This document shows positions 18,050 through 26,335 of a DNA stretch of 64,000 nt, one piece after another. The stretch is taken from the IMG/VR virus record IMGVR_UViG_3300026290_000001. The stretch is one strand, 5' to 3'. The notes beneath the pieces are model-generated. The model had not been told where the DNA came from and made no database searches. It was given only the letters and a program-made list of their open reading frames with translations. The stretch's first letter is position 1. Each line of letters begins with the position of its first letter. Source of the stretch: a virus. Made by a program: the position numbers and the translations under genes.

Positions 18050-19813
18050 TTACACTATTATCCATGAACCTTTATTTCCCTCAGAATTAGGTTCAGGAGA
18101 GAAAATAGGACTGCCACTATAATTAGAACAACGTACATATCCATTGTTATATGCAAATATATCAATTAAACCTGCATCACCAACATTAGAATTTGAAGCA
18201 AATAAAGAACCTTCTTCACAACAATCTATATTGTATTCCACATTGTTTTTTGCAATAATTCCCGAACTAAATCCTTTTCCACCATTATTAACTGTTAATC
18301 CTGATTTATTTCCACAAACACATATATTTTCTGCCATCATACCCCCACCAGTAGAATCATAAGCACCTTTTTCAGAATTACCATTTGCTATACAATTATT
18401 TATATAAATCCCTGCGAAATTGGAACATTCATAACCATTTTCATTATTGGAAGATGCTGTATATGGTGCAGTAATACCTGCTCTGTTAGTTACAAAAAAA
18501 CCAGATTTAAAACCAGATACTCCAACATTTGTACCACAAGTTATGCTTGCGCCTGTTGTTGATAATATTCCATAATTAGTACTAGCATTAGAACCAATAA
18601 TTGCAACATTATTTAATAATCCTAATTCAGAACGGTCAGCAACAATACCATTACAATTTGTAAATTTTAACGTTGTAGTTAAAACAACAAAATCTCCACC
18701 CGTTAATGCAACAGCAGGGAATGGAGTACCTTGAAAAGTATTTTTAACCGTTACTACGTTTCCATTTATATTTATAATTTCATACATTCCACGTAAAACT
18801 TCATGATTACCTGTGCCTGTAGTATTTTTTATAATAGCATATTGTCCTACTTGCATACCTACTGCACTAGCAACTGTTATAGGTACAGACCAATTTCCAG
18901 CAGTATCAGAAACACTACCTACGTTTGAAACGGTTGTGGCAATAGGAGTAGCACCAATTATTCTTATATTAGAACCATTAACATGATTTATTTTAAGTTG
19001 AGAAGTATGTTCATACATTTCTGTTAATAAAGAAATAGTTACAGTAGTTGAACTAGTTATACTAGCAGTTTTTATACTATCTAAAGCATTTGGTATTGTA
19101 GTAAAATCACATCCAGTAGAGCCAACAGTTATAGTTTTATTGGCATCTATAATAGTATCTGTTAAATGTTTAATAAATTCACTACCTACAGCACTAACTA
19201 AAGGTCTTTTATCAGTAATTGTATTTATAGATTTATCTGCATTGGTACTAATTGTTCCTATTAAAATACTTCCATTTGGAATACTACCATTTGTACTTTT
19301 ATCAAAATTACCATCATTCTTTAAATAAATATTATAGGTCACGCTAGCACTTACTGGATTAATATTAAAAGTAGTATCAGATGTTTTTGTAATAGTGTTT
19401 AAAGTAGTACTATTAAAACTTTCACCTGAACCCGAAGTAATTATTATTGATAAAGTATCTGTTACTGAATTATATTCAGCAGATTTTATCTGAAACGGAT
19501 ACCCATATACATCTTCTACATTACTTTTTAAACTATCATGATCATATGCTGTAAATAATCTTCCTATTATCGTTCCATTACTCCATGTCTGTGCTGTCCC
19601 TTGAAATCCCCTAGTTACACCAACCAAACTACTACCACTTTTATCTGTATATAAAATAGTTTCTGCATTATTACCAGTTCCTATAGTAGCAAGATTAGGT
19701 GCATTGGGAAAAACTGAAATATCAGTTACGGGGATGGTAGTTGCAATACTATTTATATCAGAAGAAAGTGTTGTAAGAGGGGAGTTAATTTTAGCATTAT
19801 ACATTGTTTCCAT
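18050..19813 (-). CDS. tailspike with right-handed beta-helix (pectate-lyase-like) domain, putative depolymerase
   Basis: Repetitive N/G/S-rich coils (NCNGIV...NNVAIIG...GTNVGVSG...NNCIANGN...) typical of parallel beta-helix; N-terminal domain shared with neighbour. Confidence 0.5.
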   Translation of the reverse strand: METMYNAKINSPLTTLSSDINSIATTIPVTDISVFPNAPNLATIGTGNNAETILYTDKSGSSLVGVTRGFQGTAQTWSNGTIIGRLFTAYDHDSLKSNVEDVYGYPFQIKSAEYNSVTDTLSIIITSGSGESFNSTTLNTITKTSDTTFNINPVSASVTYNIYLKNDGNFDKSTNGSIPNGSILIGTISTNADKSINTITDKRPLVSAVGSEFIKHLTDTIIDANKTITVGSTGCDFTTIPNALDSIKTASITSSTTVTISLLTEMYEHTSQLKINHVNGSNIRIIGATPIATTVSNVGSVSDTAGNWSVPITVASAVGMQVGQYAIIKNTTGTGNHEVLRGMYEIININGNVVTVKNTFQGTPFPAVALTGGDFVVLTTTLKFTNCNGIVADRSELGLLNNVAIIGSNASTNYGILSTTGASITCGTNVGVSGFKSGFFVTNRAGITAPYTASSNNENGYECSNFAGIYINNCIANGNSEKGAYDSTGGGMMAENICVCGNKSGLTVNNGGKGFSSGIIAKNNVEYNIDCCEEGSLFASNSNVGDAGLIDIFAYNNGYVRCSNYSGSPIFSPEPNSEGNKGSWIIV

Positions 19814-21031
19814 TTACTCTATCACCCCTTCATAATTAACCTTCCAAACATCATTAACTTTGCCATAGATGCCAATGATAGGTTTCCATTTTCCATTAAT
19901 TTTTACATAAACATTATTAATATTTTTCCAATTACCATTTACTTTATAAATCAGCGCAGTATTGTAAACTGAAATATCATTAATATTTAATAATAAATTA
20001 TCATTAGCATTGGTTTCTACAAATACATTTGTAGTTTCATGTATATTTATATTTAAACTATCATTAGAATTAATATCAACATTTTTGTGAATATAACTTT
20101 CATTAATAGACAATCTAATTGAATCAGTTATATTATTAGATGCAGTTAAATTATTTACATTATCCGTTGAAGAAATATTTAATGTATCACTAACATTTGG
20201 CAAGGCAGTAACATTTGCATTGTCAGCACAATAAATATTAATAGCATCATTTTTATTAAACTCATTAATAGTTAAATCTATGCCATTAATATCTAAATTT
20301 TCAGATGTGCTAATATCTACCAATATATTTTTGGTTTCATTTACACCTATATTTAAATTATCACCAGTATTTATATTAGTAATTAATTGACTTTCTTCGG
20401 TAATATCTAAATATAAATTGTTTTCAATATCCTTGGATAATACTAATAAAGAATCTTCTTGTAGATTGATATCTAAAGAATCTTCTAGGTTTAAAGAAAT
20501 ATATGATGATTCATCTATTGTTAAATTAATATCATCTTCTACTTCAATGTTTTTATCTAAATTATTAGTTTCACTTAATGATAAATCAAGATCGTCATAA
20601 GTTTTTATATTGTAAGCATCAGGAGAATCCCATATAGATAATTCTTGTATATTTATAGACAAAGAATCATTAACATTTATATTTACATTTAATGATTGCG
20701 AATCACTTACAGTTAAGTTAAGTGCATCTTGAAGTGTATTAGTTACTTCTAAATCCGAAACATCATTTAGTGTAATTATAGGCGGGTCAGTACCTGAAGC
20801 ATTTACAAGCCTTTCACTTTCCTCTACAGATGTAATAATTAAATTGTCAGAAACACTAAAAGTCCAAATTTTATTACTTTCTTCAGTTATAGTTATTGTT
20901 AATTCATCATGTACATTTATTTCTATAACTGCTGATTCTGTAATATTTAGTGTTAATTCATCCGAAGAGGAAGATGATATATCGTTTAATGTGTTGAAAG
21001 ATGTTTGGTTAAAACGTCCTTGATTAAACAA
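19814..21031 (-). CDS. tail/baseplate protein with short internal repeats
   Basis: Acidic, repetitive D/E-S-L-N-I units; fibre-cluster context. Confidence 0.3.
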   Translation of the reverse strand: MFNQGRFNQTSFNTLNDISSSSSDELTLNITESAVIEINVHDELTITITEESNKIWTFSVSDNLIITSVEESERLVNASGTDPPIITLNDVSDLEVTNTLQDALNLTVSDSQSLNVNINVNDSLSINIQELSIWDSPDAYNIKTYDDLDLSLSETNNLDKNIEVEDDINLTIDESSYISLNLEDSLDINLQEDSLLVLSKDIENNLYLDITEESQLITNINTGDNLNIGVNETKNILVDISTSENLDINGIDLTINEFNKNDAINIYCADNANVTALPNVSDTLNISSTDNVNNLTASNNITDSIRLSINESYIHKNVDINSNDSLNINIHETTNVFVETNANDNLLLNINDISVYNTALIYKVNGNWKNINNVYVKINGKWKPIIGIYGKVNDVWKVNYEGVIE

Positions 21032-21091
21032 TAAATATCACCTCCTCATTAATTAAAAATAGGACTATATATAATTTTTATATTAATAATA

Positions 21092-21472
21092 TTAACTAAT
21101 ATTAATTGTAAGTGTTACGGTAAGAAGCCAGTTTCCACCGGATTTTGTGCCTAAATTTTCCACCTTCCTATTCAACATAACTCCTCCACTAGAAGCATTA
21201 AAAACTCCCCATTCCTGCCATGCAAAATTAGCATCAGTAGTTCCAAAACTAGATTTAAATACTAACTGATTATTAGTTCTTGTAGGGAAAGTGGCTTCCA
21301 TGCCCTTTCTTACTTTGTTAGAACTTGCTTGTAAATCAATCTGTGAAGCTGCAAAAGCAGTAGTAGAATCACCGACTCCGATATGCGAATTTGTCGAATT
21401 AAAGAATACGGGTGAATCATCATTAATTATACAAGCTGCTATAAAATCTCTACCACTATTTGTTAATGCCAT
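21092..21472 (-). CDS. hypothetical structural protein
   Basis: ORF in baseplate/fibre region. Confidence 0.3.
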   Translation of the reverse strand: MALTNSGRDFIAACIINDDSPVFFNSTNSHIGVGDSTTAFAASQIDLQASSNKVRKGMEATFPTRTNNQLVFKSSFGTTDANFAWQEWGVFNASSGGVMLNRKVENLGTKSGGNWLLTVTLTINIS

Positions 21473-21536
21473 TTTTATAATTCCTCCTTAAATTTATATT
21501 TGTAAAATAATAAATAATTTAATAAATATTTAAATA

Positions 21537-21716
21537 TTAAATATTAAAACCCATATCTTTTAAATTATCTTCTGATGCCATAAAATCATCTTCAGATATA
21601 ATAACTTCAATGGGTTTTACCAAACCTTTATCAATTTGTTCCTGTGTTGCCCAATCAGGATATTTTTCTAATCTGAGCGTTGCTTTCATGCTAATTCCCA
21701 TTTTTTCATTATTCAT
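21537..21716 (-). CDS. small acidic hypothetical protein (59 aa, below the ORF-track cutoff)
   Basis: ATG at 21716 preceded by AGGAGG RBS; open to TAA at 21537. Confidence 0.3.
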   Translation of the reverse strand: MNNEKMGISMKATLRLEKYPDWATQEQIDKGLVKPIEVIISEDDFMASEDNLKDMGFNI

Positions 21717-21779
21717 AAAATCTAATAATTACCTCCTTATTTTTCTAGTATATTTATATTAATAAAATAATTAATATCT

Positions 21780-22286
21780 TTATTCTTGATAGACGAACCA
21801 AATGTCCCCATCCTCACCGTCTTCATTACTAGGTTGTACAGTAGAAAATATAAAATGGTGTGCAGAAGTTTGTATTATATCTTCAAGTGTTTCTTTAATA
21901 TCATAAGAACCACTACCATTAGATTGAAAACTACTATAAATCCTACTTGCGGGTATATAAACTCCACCACTACCATAAAAAGAAAATTGTAATATACTTC
22001 CACTTACATCAGGATGAAAATAAACGTATCCATATACATAATCTACTTTATATGTACCAATTTTACTTTCTGTGTCTAATGTAGGAAAACCATCAACAAT
22101 TTCATACCACTGGTAAGTTTCCAATCCAAAATTACCCATGACCTGAACTTTATTTTGCCTATGCGGAATTTCTGATAATATTACTAATCCATTTATTATT
22201 TTTTTATATTCACTTAATGAAACTAAAGGTTGCTCATTATTACCTCTTCGTATTGAAATAAAAGGATCATAAAAAATTTGATTCAA
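21780..22286 (-). CDS. hypothetical structural protein
   Basis: ORF in baseplate region. Confidence 0.3.
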   Translation of the reverse strand: MNQIFYDPFISIRRGNNEQPLVSLSEYKKIINGLVILSEIPHRQNKVQVMGNFGLETYQWYEIVDGFPTLDTESKIGTYKVDYVYGYVYFHPDVSGSILQFSFYGSGGVYIPASRIYSSFQSNGSGSYDIKETLEDIIQTSAHHFIFSTVQPSNEDGEDGDIWFVYQE

Positions 22287-22448
22287 AATTTATCACCTCC
22301 AACCTAATTTTTCAAAAAATAGAAAAATCAAAAATGTTCAAAAATTTATCTTCTGTTTTCTCTTGTTTTCTTCCATTTACTCTGTTTTTCAAGCACAAAA
22401 TTTGAATAAAAGGAATATTTTATTGTTGAGCCAAGAACACTCGTGACT

Positions 22449-23741
22449 TCAGTCATGAGATGAATTGGCTCTGTTCTGTTCATATATAATCCATGATTTT
22501 CTTGCATTAATTCTTTGCATGTTAGATATTTTCGGTGTCTTCATACCTCTGGGTGCATTACTAAAATCTATTTTTTCACCATCTATACCCATAAGAATGG
22601 CATAACCCGTAGACATTCTACCTTTAATAAAATATTCATTACCTATATACCTTACTTTATCAAACTTCCTAAATCCTTCTATTTTACCTGTAGGTATCTT
22701 CTGATGACTTCTTACTCCTTTTGCCTGTTGGTAATCGCCTTTAGGGATACACTTTTTTAATACAGCTTTTTCAGTTTTAAAGCTTACATCAATTAACCCT
22801 ATATCTTCAATATTATTTAAACAGGCAATAGCTACAGCATCGTAGTAATGCTCTTTTGGTAATCCCATTAGCTGTCTATGTTCTTTGGTAATAAATCCAA
22901 AGGTTTCTTTTGCATTTGGTAGCTGTCTTAATAATTGTTGTCTTATACTATTCATCTGTGTTGTGTGTTTTAATTGTCCTTTAATTTTACCATTCTTCTT
23001 TAATTTAATTCCTCCTTTGTGCAAACTATTATGACAAGTTTTACAAAGTGTAATTAAATTTTCTGCATCATCTGAGCCACCATTTTTTCTAAAAACTATA
23101 TGATGTACCTCTAATCTGCTGTCTTTACTTTTTCCTTTGCAATACTGGCAAATATATTTATCTCTACTTAATACATAAGCTTTAGTATTAGCAAATCCAT
23201 AATTAGTTCCTTTTTGATAAAGCCATTTATTACTTAATACTGCTGGATTTTTTAAAGCATGTGGGTCAAATGTTGCTGTTTCTATTATTATATTTGTAAT
23301 GGGCATTATTGATTTTGCAAAATCAATTTCTTTTAAGTGTGAATTAATTTTACTTGTCATTGTAGGAGAAAATCTATCTTTTTTAATGCTGTTTTTCCTA
23401 TTATTAAATCTAGGTTCCCTATATCTAGTTTTCCTATTCCTTCTAGTTCTCCTATATTTAGCTCTTTTGTCCATTTTGTCAGATATATCATTTCTAATTT
23501 CTACTTCTGATATATAATACACTTCATTTTCGTCATTTGCTACTGCACTTCCTATTTTACTACTACCAGTATCAATTCCTAAAGTTAAATCTTGTGTATA
23601 GTCTGTAGCATGATATAGTAATTTAATTGTAAATGGAGTTCTTCTTATGCATTTTGCTTTACCATCTTTTAACAATAATCTTGCTATTGCTGGTTTACAA
23701 GGCATTAAAGGACTCCCATCTTCATTAATTACATAAACCAT
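22449..23741 (-). CDS. iscB: IscB-type RNA-guided nuclease (OMEGA system effector; PLMP + split RuvC + HNH)
   Basis: N-terminal PLMP motif (GSPLMPCKPAIARLLLKDGKA), RuvC-I LGIDTGSSKIG, Arg-rich bridge RRTRRNRKTRYREPR, RuvC-II IIIETATFD, HNH CQYCKGK...EVHHIVFRKNGGSDDAENLITLCKTCH, RuvC-III HYYDAVAIA. Confidence 0.75.
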   Translation of the reverse strand: MVYVINEDGSPLMPCKPAIARLLLKDGKAKCIRRTPFTIKLLYHATDYTQDLTLGIDTGSSKIGSAVANDENEVYYISEVEIRNDISDKMDKRAKYRRTRRNRKTRYREPRFNNRKNSIKKDRFSPTMTSKINSHLKEIDFAKSIMPITNIIIETATFDPHALKNPAVLSNKWLYQKGTNYGFANTKAYVLSRDKYICQYCKGKSKDSRLEVHHIVFRKNGGSDDAENLITLCKTCHNSLHKGGIKLKKNGKIKGQLKHTTQMNSIRQQLLRQLPNAKETFGFITKEHRQLMGLPKEHYYDAVAIACLNNIEDIGLIDVSFKTEKAVLKKCIPKGDYQQAKGVRSHQKIPTGKIEGFRKFDKVRYIGNEYFIKGRMSTGYAILMGIDGEKIDFSNAPRGMKTPKISNMQRINARKSWIIYEQNRANSSHD

Positions 23742-24030
23742 AAAATCAAATCCTTTCGGATAAATACTCTGCTTAAAAGCAGGTTATGCGTATCTATATA
23801 CTATTACCATATATAGAATTCGTCCTCATCTCGACAATGATAAAATAGCTTATATGTATATCACACCGAGCCTTACCCTCCAACTCTACTTAGTGATATA
23901 CGATAGAGCAATGGTCTGATGCGTCAACCAAAGGTATCATAACTATTCTATCGTAGTATAAATTTCTCTATACTAAGTCTGGTGAACTTAGACTTTAGAA
24001 GCCTCCGACTTTAGTCGGGGGTAGTTCACT
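23742..24030 (-). ncRNA. candidate omega-RNA scaffold upstream of iscB
   Basis: About 285 nt with no ORF, GC-enriched relative to surroundings, several stem-loops on the - strand (cccccgact-aaa-gtcggagg; ctaagt-tcaccag-acttag; ctgct-ttta-agcag) directly 5' of iscB. Confidence 0.45.
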
Positions 24031-24271
24031 CTATTTCAGGATTGATAGATAAATCATCTTTGCTTGTACTATTTACATTAGATAAATTATCTTCATTGGA
24101 CAAATCATCATTAATAATTTGACTTAATTCGTCTATTTTAGAACTTAATTTGATAATCTCTATCTGATACATATTATTTTGTAAACATAAAGTGACTACA
24201 TCTAAGGGCAAATTACTATTGTTTATTAACTCTGCCAGTTTAATATTAAAATCACTTATAATAAAAATCAC
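24026..24271 (-). CDS. hypothetical protein
   Basis: ORF; may overlap the 5' end of the IscB element. Confidence 0.2.
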   Translation of the reverse strand: MIFIISDFNIKLAELINNSNLPLDVVTLCLQNNMYQIEIIKLSSKIDELSQIINDDLSNEDNLSNVNSTSKDDLSINPEIE

Positions 24272-24328
24272 TTCCTTTATATTATTTTTTTATCTTATTA
24301 TATTGTTATTTTTTATCTTACTATCTTG

Positions 24329-24649
24329 CTATATTGTTATCTGCGCTTTTATTTCAATCCTACAAGTGTTATTAAAAATATCTTTGTTAATATTTATTAC
24401 TTTTCCATCTAATAATCTATTTATCTCATTTTCGTATTTATCAATAAAAACCACATCGATTTTATTATCTAGATTTAATTCTAAAAAACTACAAACATCT
24501 GAACTTTTATTTGTTGGGATTTGCCCTATAAATCTGTGATAATAAATATTTTCCATTTCATGATAATAAACATCTAAAGTTCCTTGTTGAAAATCGTCTG
24601 AATAGATATGGTTGTCTAGGCAATTAAATTTTATTTTTAATTTCATCAC
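24329..24649 (-). CDS. hypothetical protein
   Basis: ORF co-oriented in late module. Confidence 0.3.
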   Translation of the reverse strand: MMKLKIKFNCLDNHIYSDDFQQGTLDVYYHEMENIYYHRFIGQIPTNKSSDVCSFLELNLDNKIDVVFIDKYENEINRLLDGKVININKDIFNNTCRIEIKAQITI

Positions 24650-24679
24650 CTTCTTTCAAGTTTATTTATTTTTATATTG

Positions 24680-25606
24680 TTATTGAACTCCGTTTAATTT
24701 ATCTTCAAGTGTTATAAAATATGAACCATACACTATATCACCTGGAATCCTATCTGTAATCCCTGTTGAATTCATATTTCCTATTGCTGTTCTTGCAATA
24801 TTAAATTTCAAAGCAGTTAATGTTTTATTGCTAGATGAAACTTTTGCATTAGTTATATGATAAGATGTTCCACCTACTGTTACATATTCAGTTAAACCTT
24901 TGTAATTCCTAAACTCTACTATTTTATCAACAAACGAATTCCATCGATCCCATGTCAAAGTTGTTACTGCACCATGATTATTGAAAGCATTTCTTTCTGC
25001 TGTAGTCCAAGACCAATTAGTAGGACGAGATTTTGAAGTAGTTAAATAAGTATAACCAGACCAATCCGAAACCTCATAATTATAATTACGATCCCTTGCT
25101 CTACATCTAAATCCATATTGTGTATTTGGTTGTAAATTATTAAATGTGTCTGAAGGAGAATATGGTGAAGCAGTAATTCCATTAGTGCATTGAATATCAT
25201 AAACATTAGCATTAGATACATTAGAATAGTTTATAGTAATTGAATTAGAAGATATTGATGAACTAATATAATATGGTGTAGACAATTTTGATCTTGCTGT
25301 AGTTACATATATTGTATCTATTAAATACCAAGTTCCGTTCCATTTTCCAGATACTGAAACTTTATATTCAGTATTAGGTGTTAATTTTTGATATAAAGGA
25401 GGACTAGGCATTGAATTATAAATATCGTGCCATGTATTATAAGTAGAATTGGTTGATGTCCAATTATTCCAATATACATACTCTTGTGTACTTGACTTTA
25501 CAAGCACAATCTCAAATCCACCATAATCTTTTGCAGGATATGTTAATTCAGTAACATTGATTCGCATAGAATTGGAAGTTACATTATTGGCATATATTCT
25601 AGCCAT
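24680..25606 (-). CDS. structural protein with fibronectin-III/Ig-like repeats
   Basis: Trp/Thr/Ser-rich beta-sandwich-like repeats; baseplate context. Confidence 0.3.
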   Translation of the reverse strand: MARIYANNVTSNSMRINVTELTYPAKDYGGFEIVLVKSSTQEYVYWNNWTSTNSTYNTWHDIYNSMPSPPLYQKLTPNTEYKVSVSGKWNGTWYLIDTIYVTTARSKLSTPYYISSSISSNSITINYSNVSNANVYDIQCTNGITASPYSPSDTFNNLQPNTQYGFRCRARDRNYNYEVSDWSGYTYLTTSKSRPTNWSWTTAERNAFNNHGAVTTLTWDRWNSFVDKIVEFRNYKGLTEYVTVGGTSYHITNAKVSSSNKTLTALKFNIARTAIGNMNSTGITDRIPGDIVYGSYFITLEDKLNGVQ

Positions 25607-25735
25607 AAAATCACCTAAATTTCTTTATAATTGAATAAATTATTTAAAAAAGAATAATAATAATTAATAAGCAAAATAGTTAAATAGTATTGTAAAAAAT
25701 TAGATAATATGATAGTATAAATATATATTATTAAA

Positions 25736-26335
25736 ATGAAAGGATGTATAATAATGAAAATTAAAAACTTATCTTATCTGTTTATTGGTTTGCTAGTTGG
25801 GTGTTTATTTCCCATTCAATCTTTATTTGCCGAACAACCTATTACATTAATTATCAATGGTAAAACAATTACTAATGCTTCACCACAAATAGTTTCAGAT
25901 AGAACGTATGTACCTTTGAGGGTAATATCCGAAGAATTAGGTGCAACAGTTGAATGGGACGGAGTAAATAGGGTAGTTAGGGTTAATAGTGGGGATGGAC
26001 AAAAAATTGAAAAGATTAATCAAAATCAAACTCAAAACAATAATGATAATAGTAATGTGGAGAGCAACCCTAGAGATAATATCAATTATATTAGTAGTGA
26101 TGATATGGAAAAATATTACGAAAGAGATACAAATAAAGGTTTTGTAAAAAATCGTTGGGTAGATGGTAAATATTTTATTGACTATGATAGAAAAATTACA
26201 CGTTTTGAAGATTATGAATATTATTATGATAGAGAAAGAGATATATTTTATTGGGCAGATTATAAGGCAATTTTAATCTTTGGAGAAACAATAAAAGATT
26301 ATCCTAAATATAAATTTAACCAAATACAGCAGTAG
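25736..26335 (+). CDS. secreted lipoprotein with copper-amine-oxidase-N-terminal-like domain (moron)
   Basis: Signal peptide with lipobox LLVGC; domain ITLIINGKTITNASPQIVSDRTYVPLRVISEELGATVEWDGVNRVVRV; opposite strand to the surrounding late genes. Confidence 0.5.
   Translation: MKGCIIMKIKNLSYLFIGLLVGCLFPIQSLFAEQPITLIINGKTITNASPQIVSDRTYVPLRVISEELGATVEWDGVNRVVRVNSGDGQKIEKINQNQTQNNNDNSNVESNPRDNINYISSDDMEKYYERDTNKGFVKNRWVDGKYFIDYDRKITRFEDYEYYYDRERDIFYWADYKAILIFGETIKDYPKYKFNQIQQ

Noticed and set aside
24192-24539. 115-aa hydrophobic + strand ORF
   Set aside because: Lies antisense across two - strand ORFs and the edge of the IscB element; composition (poly Leu/Ile/Phe) is typical of antisense translation of AT-rich coding DNA.
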